Part shown: one piece after another, positions 9,799-19,628 of the stretch
How the letters are laid out: each line of letters opens with the position of its first letter
Position numbering within the stretch: the first letter of the stretch is position 1
NCBI GenBank assembly: GCA_007136405.1
Contig: SLHA01000044.1
Location: 3,454-67,453, forward strand
Reading direction: 5' to 3'
Origin: Candidatus Latescibacterota bacterium
Lineage (GTDB): Bacteria; Latescibacterota; UBA2968; UBA8231
Length of the DNA stretch: 64,000 bases
Notes under the pieces: generated by a model
The model's database searches: none
What the model was told of the DNA's origin: nothing
What the model saw: only the letters and a program-made list of their open reading frames with translations
Made by a program: the position numbers and the translations under genes

Positions 9799-10797
9799 AT
9801 GCCGGACCAATACACTGTGGAAGAAGTTGCGGACCATGCCGAATGGGACGCCTTCCTGGCCACCGCACGGGGCGGGAACCTGTTCTCCTCCAGCCGCTGG
9901 CTGGCTTGCGCCCAGGCCGCACTGCCCGGCAGGGTCGTGCTGCTGGGCTGCCGCCGCAACGGCCGCCTGGTGGCCGGGGTTTCCGGACTGGATCGACCCA
10001 GCCGTTTCGGGCGCCGCTTCGCAACCCCTGACCTGACCCCGCACGGCGGCATCCTGTGCGCCCCGGTGGCCGGTAAAGGTCCTGCCAGGGCCGAAGCGGA
10101 ATACCACCGCGCCGCCGGTCTGCTGGCCGACCACCTGACGCGGCACTACGGCCATGTGCATCTGACTCACACACCGGCCGTAGGCGATACCCGGCCCTTT
10201 CTGTGGGCTGGCTGGAACGTATACCCCCGGTACACCTACTGGCTGGATCGGCGCGATCTGAAGGCGCTGTGGGAGAGGGTGGAAAGACGCACCCGTACAG
10301 CCATCCGCAAAGCGGAACGCGCCGGCTATCACCTGCACACCGTTTCCGACCTCAGCCTGCTCGAGGCGCTGTACGAGCGCGTCTACCAGCGCCAGCAAGG
10401 CGGACCACCCGTCGGCGCCGCTACGCTGCGCCGCTTTGCCTCTCATGTGCTGGAAAACGGGCTGGGCGAAGCCTGGGCCACCTCTGCACCGGATGGCCGG
10501 CCGGCGGCCGTCGTGGTCTTCGTGAGGGAGGGCGACACCGTGTATGCCTGGGTGGCCGGAGCAGATCCGGAACAGGCCTCCAGCGGTGCCGCTCCCTATT
10601 TGTACTGGAGCTTTCTGCGGCAAACCGAATGCACTCGGTTCGATTTCGTCGGTGCCAACATGCCGGGTATCGCCATGTTCAAGCGCGGCTTCGGCGGGGA
10701 CCTGGTGCCGTATTATGCCACCGAAGGCTTCGGCTCGGTTTTTCTGCGGGCCGTCTGCGCGGTTCGCACCCTCGGACGCCAGCTGCGGGGCTGCTGA
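9799..10797 (+). CDS. GNAT-family (FemAB/Acetyltransf_6-like) acyltransferase
   Basis: R..IRKAERAG, FDFVGANMPGIAMFKRGFGG C-terminal signature. Confidence 0.75.
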   Translation: MPDQYTVEEVADHAEWDAFLATARGGNLFSSSRWLACAQAALPGRVVLLGCRRNGRLVAGVSGLDRPSRFGRRFATPDLTPHGGILCAPVAGKGPARAEAEYHRAAGLLADHLTRHYGHVHLTHTPAVGDTRPFLWAGWNVYPRYTYWLDRRDLKALWERVERRTRTAIRKAERAGYHLHTVSDLSLLEALYERVYQRQQGGPPVGAATLRRFASHVLENGLGEAWATSAPDGRPAAVVVFVREGDTVYAWVAGADPEQASSGAAPYLYWSFLRQTECTRFDFVGANMPGIAMFKRGFGGDLVPYYATEGFGSVFLRAVCAVRTLGRQLRGC

Positions 10798-10987
10798 CGC
10801 CCCTGGCGCCACGACTCCCTTGAGCTGCGCGGTGATGCGCGCCATATTCATGAGCCCGGGCAGTCCCGCGGAGCTGGCCGGCGAGTATGCGCCTCAGACG
10901 TCAGCCGTCATCTTGTTCAGGCCGGTCACACCCGCTGGTTCCGGCACCTATCCCGGCCGGAACGGAGACACCGAAGCAAGCCGTACG

Positions 10988-11968
10988 ATGCAGTCTACCC
11001 GAAAATGGAGGGATCTCGTGAAAGCAATGGAAGCCTTGGGGGGCAGGCGGCCGCTGGAGGCCGAACAGTTCGCCGAAAGAGCGTATGCCTATGCGCTCAA
11101 CCCCCTGCGCAACCCGCTCAAGGAAATCATGGACAAGTGCCCGTCCGTCGAAGAGACGCCGCCCGTACTCGGCATCTTCAACGATATTCCCTGGCATCGT
11201 TTCCGTGAGTCCGAGGCCCACGCCTGGGCCAAGGCGGGCTTTCTGTGGATCGTCAACGATGCCGAGCATTCCCAGTGGGAAGGCAACTATGGCCGTGAAC
11301 AGAACGCGGCCGAGGGACGCCTGGGCCTGCTGTCCGTGCAACGGCTGCACCGTGAGGCGCTGAGCGCGTATGGCGACGCGTACCAGTTGGGCGCGCGCGC
11401 CACGCTGCGTCCGTACGGCACCACATACGAGGACGCGGAACGCTATCTGCGCTCTGTCAACTTCCCGGTTCCCGGTCAGGCCACACCATATGATCGTGGT
11501 GGCTATCCGGTACGCACCGGTGACCGGACCATGATGTTCACTCCGGATGATCTGCGCGGGGCGGAAACAGAAGTCCAGGGCTGGGTCCAGTTCGAGACCA
11601 AGGAGTACATCGTGGACCGCAAGCTACGGGACCAGATCCTGGATCTCATGGTTCAGCAAGGGCGGAACAAGTCCTGTGGCTTCGTGGGACCATTCGACGC
11701 CATCTTGCGCGAGGGGGATCTGCCGGAAATCAATGATGCGGTCAACGAACTGTTCAGGGCAGCGGCCAAGGTGGGTATTCATACAGGGCGCGTCGTCGGC
11801 TCTGGCTCCATGGAGGATCCCAAGGACATAGAGGACGCCATGGTCGTCGCCATCGAGAACGGCGCCCGGCTCATCTCGGTTCATCCGCTGACCAGCGATA
11901 TGACCTATCGTGGCGCCGCCGCCATGGCGGAGCCGTTTTTCCGGGCCTGCGAACGCTGCGGGTTCTGA
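10988..11968 (+). CDS. HpcH/HpaI-like class II aldolase family protein
   Basis: GFLWIVNDAEH, VQFETKE, FVGPFD match the HpcH/GarL D.EH, QIET and FIGP.D motifs; TTGAGC-17-CATATT upstream; start trimmed. Confidence 0.65.
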   Translation: MQSTRKWRDLVKAMEALGGRRPLEAEQFAERAYAYALNPLRNPLKEIMDKCPSVEETPPVLGIFNDIPWHRFRESEAHAWAKAGFLWIVNDAEHSQWEGNYGREQNAAEGRLGLLSVQRLHREALSAYGDAYQLGARATLRPYGTTYEDAERYLRSVNFPVPGQATPYDRGGYPVRTGDRTMMFTPDDLRGAETEVQGWVQFETKEYIVDRKLRDQILDLMVQQGRNKSCGFVGPFDAILREGDLPEINDAVNELFRAAAKVGIHTGRVVGSGSMEDPKDIEDAMVVAIENGARLISVHPLTSDMTYRGAAAMAEPFFRACERCGF

Positions 11969-12037
11969 GGTTCCGCAGGAAGCCGGGCAGACACGTCGGG
12001 GCGCGGGTTGTCGCCCCCGCCTGCGTCCCGACGGCAG

Positions 12038-12586
12038 CTAGCGATCGGCCGGTCCCCGGTCGTCTGGATCCGGGAAGTCGACGCGCACACCATCTACGAT
12101 CCAGTAACCGCTGAGGCCATCCTCGCCCATTCCGGCCTCGCCTTCCACCGCACCGGAGTAGGCGCCGGAGATCAGCAGATCCACCGTATAAGAATAATGG
12201 GTGGCGTCCCGGAACAGGTATTCTGCCATACCGTTCAACCATATAAGACCGTCGTTGGAGTAGTTTTCGAAATACATGGTGTACAGAGTTCCCACCCGGG
12301 GAGGTTCTTCTTCCAGTACCTCCAGGATCACTGTGCCGCTGTGCTCGCCTGGATACGTACCCGCATCATCGGCCATCGCTTCAGACAGAATCGTGGTCAG
12401 CTCGAGATGAACCTGGTCGATGTTCTCCGGAGTGATCTCGTCGCCCGCGGGGGCGTCGTTTCCCGGGCCGATGGGACTGGTGTCGTTCGCCGGATCATCA
12501 TCATCGCCGCAGCCGGTGACCACAACGCAGCCGAGGCCCAACACAACAGACAGCATCAAGCGCCTGGTGGCGGTCAAGGTTATCAT
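12038..12586 (-). CDS. Hypothetical acidic lipoprotein
   Basis: GGAGGTG SD; signal peptide with VTG-C lipobox followed by GDDDDP. Confidence 0.75.
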   Translation of the reverse strand: MITLTATRRLMLSVVLGLGCVVVTGCGDDDDPANDTSPIGPGNDAPAGDEITPENIDQVHLELTTILSEAMADDAGTYPGEHSGTVILEVLEEEPPRVGTLYTMYFENYSNDGLIWLNGMAEYLFRDATHYSYTVDLLISGAYSGAVEGEAGMGEDGLSGYWIVDGVRVDFPDPDDRGPADR

Positions 12587-12777
12587 GACGGTACACCTCC
12601 TGTTGAAATCAGGCAGAGACAAAAGTGCGACCCCATGAGGGAACCTCGTGATGGCTGTATACCTGTCAACAACCGGTTCCGCCATCCAGAACAGCCGACA
12701 GCATAGGAGCATGTTCAAACGGGGCATCGCCTCCTGGCGGCTGTTTCCCATGCCGGATGAGTACCAGAACCCCTGCC

Positions 12778-12806
12778 TTGCACACCGCCAGACTCGAACT
12801 TATCTT
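12778..12806 (+). promoter_or_regulatory. Putative sigma70 promoter for 12944 ORF
   Basis: TTGCAC-17 nt-TATCTT. Confidence 0.5.
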
Positions 12807-12943
12807 GCCTGCACGATGACTCGCATCACGCATACACCCGGTCATCGTGGGTGCAGCCAGTCGGCCAGCCCCGCAGGAACGCACAGTCCGGGTAGACGCT
12901 GAGATATCCGCTGCGGAGCCCATCCATAACGGAGGCAATTATC

Positions 12944-13666
12944 ATGAACCGAATCGTTACGCTGTTGGGGTTGGTCATCATGGCCAGCGTGGCACAACCT
13001 GCGGACGCGACCATATCCTCTCCATTGTTCTATGAGCCCTACGCCGTATTGCCGGGCATAGGCGGCGGATTGGGAATCAACGCGGGCCTGACATCAGCCG
13101 ACTTCAGCAGTATCGGCGATGCCAGCGACACCTACCTGATGGCCAAATACTCCATCACAGACCAGCTTGAGGCTGGCATGCGTATCACCTCCGGATGGCT
13201 GCACGACCACCGGGACTCGTTTTCGGATGTGGTTATCGGGGTCAAGCACGGCCTCACCATGATGAGCGCCGTGACGGCCGGTATGGCGGTGTACAACGAG
13301 CACGACAAGATCGGCGTATCAGCCGGTTACCTGCACGCCATGCGGGCAGGGGGCATGAACATCAACAGCCACTTTCAGGCAGGGTTTATGAGAGGTTACG
13401 CCCCTGATGGCGTGGTCATCAGCCTGAACGTTGAACCCCGGCTCGAACTGGGCGACCGGCTCATAGGCTACATGGATGTACTGCTGCGGACCAACACGGA
13501 CCATTTGCGGAATAATTGGGCCTTCGACATCTGGCCCAACATCGATGTGCTGATCATGGACTCGCTGATCATCAACGGCGGCATCACGCTGGGCATAGGC
13601 GGCAAGATGAAGCAGCAAGACCCGGGTATCCACCTGGCCGCTCTGTTCGTAGCACCGCTGCACTGA
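12944..13666 (+). CDS. Secreted hypothetical protein, probable outer-membrane beta-barrel
   Basis: GGAGG SD, Sec signal peptide, alternating hydrophobic beta-strand pattern. Confidence 0.6.
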   Translation: MNRIVTLLGLVIMASVAQPADATISSPLFYEPYAVLPGIGGGLGINAGLTSADFSSIGDASDTYLMAKYSITDQLEAGMRITSGWLHDHRDSFSDVVIGVKHGLTMMSAVTAGMAVYNEHDKIGVSAGYLHAMRAGGMNINSHFQAGFMRGYAPDGVVISLNVEPRLELGDRLIGYMDVLLRTNTDHLRNNWAFDIWPNIDVLIMDSLIINGGITLGIGGKMKQQDPGIHLAALFVAPLH

Positions 13667-13722
13667 CCTTCCGGCGCGGCATCACCTGCCAAGTCGGCAC
13701 TCTGGGGCCGTGAGCGTCTTGT

Positions 13723-15006
13723 TCAGCCGCGCGTGTAGCACGGGCGTCCGAAACCATCGTTGGTCACGTGACTTCTGGCCGGAACCTCGGCGTAGTCCGG
13801 GATGACCAGATCCAGCCGCGAGCTGTTTTCCACTATGGTTCCCGCGCCCACGCGCACTCCTTCTCCCAGACGTATGCGGCCGGGCATGGCGTCGCCCGAT
13901 TTGATCGTACCGATGAACGCGGACGCGCCGATGCGGCAGGTCGAGCCGACTTCAACATTGCCATGGATCTCCGTGTTGGGCCCGACGACCGCGTCATCAC
14001 CGATGCGCACGGAACCGAAAAGTCCTACGTCTGTGCCGACAAACACGTAGTTGCCTACCAGGGGATGACGCTGTTGCACCTTTTCGCTCAAACCTCCCAT
14101 GGTGCACGGTAGCAGATGACAACCGCTGCCGATCACTCCGGTCTGCCCCGTGGTGACGCCGTGATGGGTATGGTCGAGGAAGTTGGCGTCCCCGATGCGG
14201 GTCTCCGGATGCAGGTCTGCCTGGTAATACCGTCCGCCAAGCTCGGAAACAGCCCGCGGCAGGAACGGAACCGGCGTTCTCTCCAGTTCGGAATTACCCG
14301 TGACCGGGCCCCTGTGCGTGAGGGCGTGGGCGGCATCGTGGTAGAGCAACACGCGCCATCCGGGATAGGTGCACATGACCAGCTGGAGCTGATAGTCGAC
14401 CGCGGCCTCACAACCCAGATCGTGCATGAACCGCCGGTAGTGGTCCATGTCCCGGCTGCGAATGGACCGCTCGAGTTCGGCGGCGAAATCGACGGCGGCC
14501 AGCCCGGCCGAATGCTGCGGACAATTGTGCATCAGGTACGCATCCCAGACCGCCGGATCGCGCAGCGACGCGAACCGGTTCCACAACGCCCGCTGCTTCA
14601 GGTGCGGCAGCTCGTACAGCAATCCGAAGGCGTTGTGCAGAGCCCTCTCCTCCATGTCGCCGCTTTCACCGGCTGCCAGCAGCGACTGGGCGATCATCGC
14701 GTACAACTGGTCGGCCAACTCTCGGAGACCGTGCCGCAACGGTTCGCACCGGCTGTCCGGCATGCGGGCGTTGTGCGAGCCCGGAGCCACGCACTCGAGC
14801 AGGTTCCCCAACACCGTTTCCAGAATATCGCGATTCACGAACCCGCGTCCTGAACGCTGTGCCAGCAATTCCGGATCTACGGATTCGATCCGCATCGCCG
14901 CTTCTTCCTCCGCTACATAGGTGCCCCGGATATAGATCAGCAGCTCATCGAGCAGCGCGTTCCGGTGCCGCGCATACCGACTATCGAACAACGTGGATGA
15001 AGACAT
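13723..15006 (-). CDS. Divergent serine O-acetyltransferase-like hexapeptide-repeat acyltransferase
   Basis: RDPA..., YPGW, VPFLPRAVSE, DLHPETRIG..FLDH, RHPLVG and extended LbH repeats. Confidence 0.7.
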   Translation of the reverse strand: MSSSTLFDSRYARHRNALLDELLIYIRGTYVAEEEAAMRIESVDPELLAQRSGRGFVNRDILETVLGNLLECVAPGSHNARMPDSRCEPLRHGLRELADQLYAMIAQSLLAAGESGDMEERALHNAFGLLYELPHLKQRALWNRFASLRDPAVWDAYLMHNCPQHSAGLAAVDFAAELERSIRSRDMDHYRRFMHDLGCEAAVDYQLQLVMCTYPGWRVLLYHDAAHALTHRGPVTGNSELERTPVPFLPRAVSELGGRYYQADLHPETRIGDANFLDHTHHGVTTGQTGVIGSGCHLLPCTMGGLSEKVQQRHPLVGNYVFVGTDVGLFGSVRIGDDAVVGPNTEIHGNVEVGSTCRIGASAFIGTIKSGDAMPGRIRLGEGVRVGAGTIVENSSRLDLVIPDYAEVPARSHVTNDGFGRPCYTRG

Positions 15007-15468
15007 ATCGCCGCCGCTTTGACTGGGTTGGTATTGGTATCGATGAACAGCCGCCTGACCCGCCAGCGTCGATGGCCTGGCATCTGGGCGGCAAGGAACC
15101 GCGAACGCACCGACACGGCAAACGGGTCGCAAGCAGACTCACCGCCAGGTATGCCGCCACGTTTCAACGGCCGGCGGACGTCCCATGGTTCCGGGCGCCT
15201 GATAGTATCAACCCGGGAGGCCGGGCAGGCAATGGCTTACGGTGCTTTCAGGGCCGCAGCGGGCTGGCTGCAGGAGTGCCGGCCGTCCGGCACCGGAACC
15301 GCGCCGGCGTCCCGTCTGGCCAGACTCACCCGCTGACCAGAGTCGCTTCCCGGCGCGGGCCGCTAGCGGCACGGCGGCAGCCGGCCAGCGCTTGCGTGTC
15401 CCCTGAACCGGCTTACCTTTGCCGGCAGACAGGCATCCCATGCATCTATACTAAACGGAGCCATAGGC

Positions 15469-16266
15469 ATGCATCCATTCGAGGACCTGCAGGTCGCCGA
15501 CGACCAGGCAGGCATACACTGGTTCGGCCAGAGCAGCTATGCCATCAAGGACTCTCAGGGAACCATCGTCCAGGTGGATCCCTACTTTCCGCGCGAACGC
15601 CCGCCGGACCGGTTCGTCCATGCGCGCTCGCCCCTTGATGAAGCCACCCTGCCCACGGACTTCATCCTGTTGACCCATCACCACGGTGATCACACCTGCA
15701 TCGAATCGATCCTGCGGATACAGGCGGCCTATCCGGAGGTGTGCTGCATCGGTCCGAAGGAGAGCGTACAAGCCGTGCAGGAAGCAGGCATTCCGGTGGC
15801 ACAGACACAGACGCTGACCGCAGGTCAGAGCGCTGCCATGAACGGCATGACGGCGCATGCCGTCTGGTCCAAACCGCCGGGAGGCATACCGGCCGAGAGC
15901 ATCGATCCGCCCGGTGTGGAGCACCTGGGGTACGTGATCGACACGGGCGCGGCTCGCATCTACCTCTCCGGTGATCCGGTCCATTCGTTCGCCGAGCACG
16001 AGGAACTGGTGGCACCGGTCCGGGCGCTGCAGCCGGATATCGGTTTTCTGACCACGCATCCGTCGGAAGGCGAGTTCCCCTTCCTGGAGGGAGCCGCCAG
16101 GTTGGCCAGGAAAATCGGCCTGAAAACCGCCGTGCCTTCGCACTATCAGTGCTTCGTCCGGCGCGACTACGATCCTCAGGAGTTTATTCGGGCGCTGCAC
16201 GGTGCCGGTGGGGTCCAGGGGCTGATCATCGCCTATAACCAGTCGGTCCTGTACAGCCCGCGGTGA
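15469..16266 (+). CDS. MBL-fold metallo-hydrolase (UlaG-like)
   Basis: WFGQSS, VDPYF, THHHGDH, YLSGD, VPSHY. Confidence 0.85.
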   Translation: MHPFEDLQVADDQAGIHWFGQSSYAIKDSQGTIVQVDPYFPRERPPDRFVHARSPLDEATLPTDFILLTHHHGDHTCIESILRIQAAYPEVCCIGPKESVQAVQEAGIPVAQTQTLTAGQSAAMNGMTAHAVWSKPPGGIPAESIDPPGVEHLGYVIDTGAARIYLSGDPVHSFAEHEELVAPVRALQPDIGFLTTHPSEGEFPFLEGAARLARKIGLKTAVPSHYQCFVRRDYDPQEFIRALHGAGGVQGLIIAYNQSVLYSPR

Positions 16267-16316
16267 AGGCGGCAGACATCGACGTTGCTGCGTGAGACTC
16301 CTGTGAGTAGCATGAC

Positions 16317-16354
16317 GCGCTGGATGCCGGACGGAGACCCCGGCGTCCAGCGCG
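16317..16354. terminator. Hairpin between convergent genes (possible bidirectional terminator)
   Basis: CGCGCTGGATGCCGG...CCGGCGTCCAGCGCG inverted repeat; no U-tract. Confidence 0.45.
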
Positions 16355-16380
16355 AATATCAGATTGCATCCAACAGGAAT

Positions 16381-17178
16381 TCACCACCCCAGCTTGGATG
16401 ACAGATTGCGAAAAAAGTAGTTCCTATCCAGGTAGAGCAACTTGGCCGTATACGGCGCCTGGGTCAGGCTTACATGCTGTCCCGGTTCCAGTTCACAGAC
16501 CTTGCGTCCGTCACTGATCAGACGGATGTCACAGTCCCTTGAATCCTGGGCAAGGTGCAGCCGGATCGTCGCATCCGGTGTCAGTATCAGAGCCCGGGAA
16601 GAGAAGTTGTACTCGTTGATTCCGTCCAGCACCAGACAACGCACGTCCGGCATGACGATAGGCGCTCCCGTCGACAGCAGCAACGCGGTGCTGCCTGTGG
16701 GCGTCCCGACCACGACCCCATCACCGCGAATGGTGCGGATCTTGGTATCATCCACGAATACGTCCACGTGGATCAGATGGTAGCTGGTGCCGACGATGAC
16801 TTCGTTGACCGACCGCACCGAACCACCCGGATACTCACACTGCAGCACCAGGCGTTCGCTGATGATGTAATCTCCCGCCAGTACCTGCCGGATGATCCGG
16901 TCCATATCATTGCGGTCTCCGGCGGTGAGAAAACCCACGGTACCGAAGTTGATCGCCAGCACCGGACACCGGTAGAACAAGTCCAGCGCGCGCAGTACCG
17001 TGCCATCTCCGCCCATGGCGATGACCAGGTCCAGCTCGTTGACCGCTTGGGTATTCCCGTTCAGGAGAACCAGGGATATCCCCAGTTTGGCGAGCAAGTC
17101 CCCCAGTTCCCGCACCGGATACCGCTCACTCGGATCCCGCAGGAACAAACCTACCCGTTTCAGTTCGAGATGGCCCAT
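16381..17178 (-). CDS. nadK: NAD(+) kinase
   Basis: GGDGT, INFGTVGFL, VNE, DGVVVGTPTGSTA. Confidence 0.9.
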   Translation of the reverse strand: MGHLELKRVGLFLRDPSERYPVRELGDLLAKLGISLVLLNGNTQAVNELDLVIAMGGDGTVLRALDLFYRCPVLAINFGTVGFLTAGDRNDMDRIIRQVLAGDYIISERLVLQCEYPGGSVRSVNEVIVGTSYHLIHVDVFVDDTKIRTIRGDGVVVGTPTGSTALLLSTGAPIVMPDVRCLVLDGINEYNFSSRALILTPDATIRLHLAQDSRDCDIRLISDGRKVCELEPGQHVSLTQAPYTAKLLYLDRNYFFRNLSSKLGW

Positions 17179-17196
17179 AGCTCCGGCACGCGCGCT

Positions 17197-18465
17197 CTAA
17201 ACATTCTTGATAAGCTGCAGATCACCCGTGCGGGCGGCTTCCAGCACAGGTCCCATGTATTCATCCACGGTTTCGGCTGTCAGTTTGATCGGCATGTTCT
17301 CCAGCTTCATGCGCAGCTGGGGGTTTTTCGCAGCCTGCAGAGCCCGGTCGATATGATCCGGTGAAAAACCAGGCACTTCGTCCAGGGTGGCCGGCGATCC
17401 GATGCGTCGTTCGAACGCGATCATGGCTTCGGCTACCGCGAGTCCAAGCGCCCGGCCGCTGAGCGATTCCACGTCCTGCCTGGCGTACCCCGCATCGGCG
17501 AATATACGGCCGACCATACGCAGCGGCTCCTCCACCGCCGGAGCGAAGAACACGGTATAATACGGGTTCATGATGGCACACGCGCGTCCATGGCTCAGAA
17601 TGTCCACCAGGGAGAAGCTGGTCAGGTGGGCGCCGTTGGTGCCACCCAGCATGATGGCGTAACCGCCCAGGTCCGTAGCCAGACCCAGGGCTTCGCGACC
17701 TTCGCCGTCCGCGGGATTGTCCATCACCTGAGGCAGGTACTCGACCACCAGCCTGATGCCGGTACCGGCCACAACCTGCATCTGCTTCTGGTACGGTTTG
17801 CCCACCGAGTCGTAGAGCACCTCCAGACAGTGGGCGATGCCGTCCAACGCACCGTCCGCGGTCAACTCCGGCGGTGCCCCCAGCGTGACCGCATAGTCGA
17901 AGACCGGCAGCTCCGGCACGATGGCCTCGTCCACGATGAGTTTCTTCTGCCCGGTATGGATATCGGTGATGTTGGAGTACTTGGTCAGGTGCGCCCCGGA
18001 GCTGGCGGCCGTCTGTATGGCGACGAACGGCGTGAGCTGCTTGTCGGATCCCTCGAGTGTCTGGGTAACCAGACCGGCGCCGAAGTAGTCTTCGATTTCT
18101 CCGCCGAGTACCTGCAGCGCATCCGCGGCCTTGATCGCATCCAGTGTGCTGCCTCCCCCGAACCCCACCAGCACATCCGCCTGCAGCCGTTTCAGGGCAG
18201 CGGTGATGCGCTCCAGGTCTTCACGCGGAGCGTTGGGCCTGGCACCGGGCTCCTCAGCGGCGATCTGCACTCCGGCGGACCGCAGCGACGTGCGCAGTGT
18301 ATGGAGGTAGCCTTCAGCACCCGGAAAGTCGTCAACGATCAGCGCCGCCCGGGTTCCAAGGCCGGCGGCGGCCGGTCCCGCCTGGGGCAGAACTCCTGAC
18401 CCGTGGATGTACCGATCTCCCTTGAATTCACTCAACAACGCGCGCGCCTGCGTAAATCCACTCAT
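17197..18465 (-). CDS. Iron-containing alcohol dehydrogenase family protein
   Basis: GFGGGSTLDAIK, TAASSG, DGIAHCLE, SHGRACA; GGAGGT SD. Confidence 0.85.
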   Translation of the reverse strand: MSGFTQARALLSEFKGDRYIHGSGVLPQAGPAAAGLGTRAALIVDDFPGAEGYLHTLRTSLRSAGVQIAAEEPGARPNAPREDLERITAALKRLQADVLVGFGGGSTLDAIKAADALQVLGGEIEDYFGAGLVTQTLEGSDKQLTPFVAIQTAASSGAHLTKYSNITDIHTGQKKLIVDEAIVPELPVFDYAVTLGAPPELTADGALDGIAHCLEVLYDSVGKPYQKQMQVVAGTGIRLVVEYLPQVMDNPADGEGREALGLATDLGGYAIMLGGTNGAHLTSFSLVDILSHGRACAIMNPYYTVFFAPAVEEPLRMVGRIFADAGYARQDVESLSGRALGLAVAEAMIAFERRIGSPATLDEVPGFSPDHIDRALQAAKNPQLRMKLENMPIKLTAETVDEYMGPVLEAARTGDLQLIKNV

Positions 18466-18483
18466 TCTCATACCTCCCGAATG

Positions 18484-18513
18484 TCTGGGTACAACATATC
18501 TGGGTGTAACATA
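18484..18513. repeat. 15-bp direct repeat x2 just upstream of Fe-ADH SD
   Basis: TCTGGGTACAACATA / TCTGGGTGTAACATA. Confidence 0.7.
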
Positions 18514-18620
18514 GGAACGCCGGGGCGCAGGAACGCTCTGGCGCTCATACCTCCATGTGTCCGACCGCGACAATATGCGGTCTATTCCGCATCACAGCAA
18601 TCAGCTTGTGTCCGATTGGC

Positions 18621-18658
18621 AAAAAAAAGGCCGGACTGGAGCATACTCCGGTCCGGCC
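18621..18658 (-). terminator. Rho-independent terminator
   Basis: 13-bp GC stem GGCCGGACCGGAG-TATG-CTCCAGTCCGGCC followed by T8 on minus strand. Confidence 0.9.
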
Positions 18659-18677
18659 CCCCGCTTGAACGCGACCT

Positions 18678-19577
18678 TCAGGCCGATGTGCGCGCCTCCT
18701 TGCCGGCCAGATCCTCCAGTACCGTCAGCAGCCCGGAATGATCCAGCTCTCCCCGGTCCTTACTCATAGCCGTGTTGAACAGTTCATGAACGATACCGGT
18801 AACCGGCAGCGGGACCTGAAAGTCGTTGCCGGTCTGCATGACGATATTGAGGTCCTTGTAATGCAGGCGGATACGGAAACCTGGATCGAAATCTCCGTTC
18901 ACCATGCGCTCTCCCCGGTTTTCCAGAATTCCGCACCGGGCCAATCCGCCGCCCAGCACCTGGACGATCTTCTGAGGATCGACTCCGGCCTTGGCCCCCA
19001 GCACCAGAGCCTCGCTGACGCCGGCAATGGTCACCGCCACGAGCACCTGGTTGCAGGCCTTGACCGTCTGTCCGGCCCCGGACGGACCACACAACACGAT
19101 GTTCTTGCCCATGATCTGGAAGACGGGCAGCACCTCGTCAAAGGTCTCCTGTTCCCCGCCCACCATGATGGACAGGGTGGCATTCCTGGCGCCGACATCA
19201 CCCCCGCTGACCGGTGCGTCCAGGCACTTCACCCCCTTCTCAGCCAGGGCCTGGCTCACCTTGACCGCGACGCTGGGCGCGATGGTGCTCATGTCCACGT
19301 GAATATCGCCGGCGCTCACCCCGGCGATGATCCCGTCCTCGCCCAGGGCGACAGCTTCCACGTCCGGAGAATCCGGCAGCATGGTGATGATCAGCGACGT
19401 TTTCCGGGCGACTTCGCCCGGGGAGTGCGCCTCCGCGGCGCCGGCTCCGACGATTTCGGCCACGGCGTTCCGGTCCACATCGTGAACGACGAGCTCGTAC
19501 CCCGCCTCCAATAGATGCCGGGCCATGGGACGCCCCATGATCCCCAGACCGATGAAACCGATCGTGTGCTTTGCCAT
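18678..19577 (-). CDS. garR: 2-hydroxy-3-oxopropionate (tartronate semialdehyde) reductase-like
   Basis: GFIGLGIMG, LDAPVSGG, GAGQTVKACNQ, PGFRIRLHYKDL. Confidence 0.8.
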   Translation of the reverse strand: MAKHTIGFIGLGIMGRPMARHLLEAGYELVVHDVDRNAVAEIVGAGAAEAHSPGEVARKTSLIITMLPDSPDVEAVALGEDGIIAGVSAGDIHVDMSTIAPSVAVKVSQALAEKGVKCLDAPVSGGDVGARNATLSIMVGGEQETFDEVLPVFQIMGKNIVLCGPSGAGQTVKACNQVLVAVTIAGVSEALVLGAKAGVDPQKIVQVLGGGLARCGILENRGERMVNGDFDPGFRIRLHYKDLNIVMQTGNDFQVPLPVTGIVHELFNTAMSKDRGELDHSGLLTVLEDLAGKEARTSA

Positions 19578-19628
19578 ATGGTAACACTCCCTTGTTTCGG
19601 GTGAAACGGGCCTATATGGTTGGGCGAC

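Noticed and set aside
10960-10985. Glycine riboswitch-like GGAGA/CCGAAG words
   Set aside because: No intervening stem and no downstream CTCTCAGG; more simply an SD region
15112-15160. c-di-GMP-I riboswitch (GGCAAAC...GCAA)
   Set aside because: Lacks the GACGCAAAGC junction and a clean P2/P3
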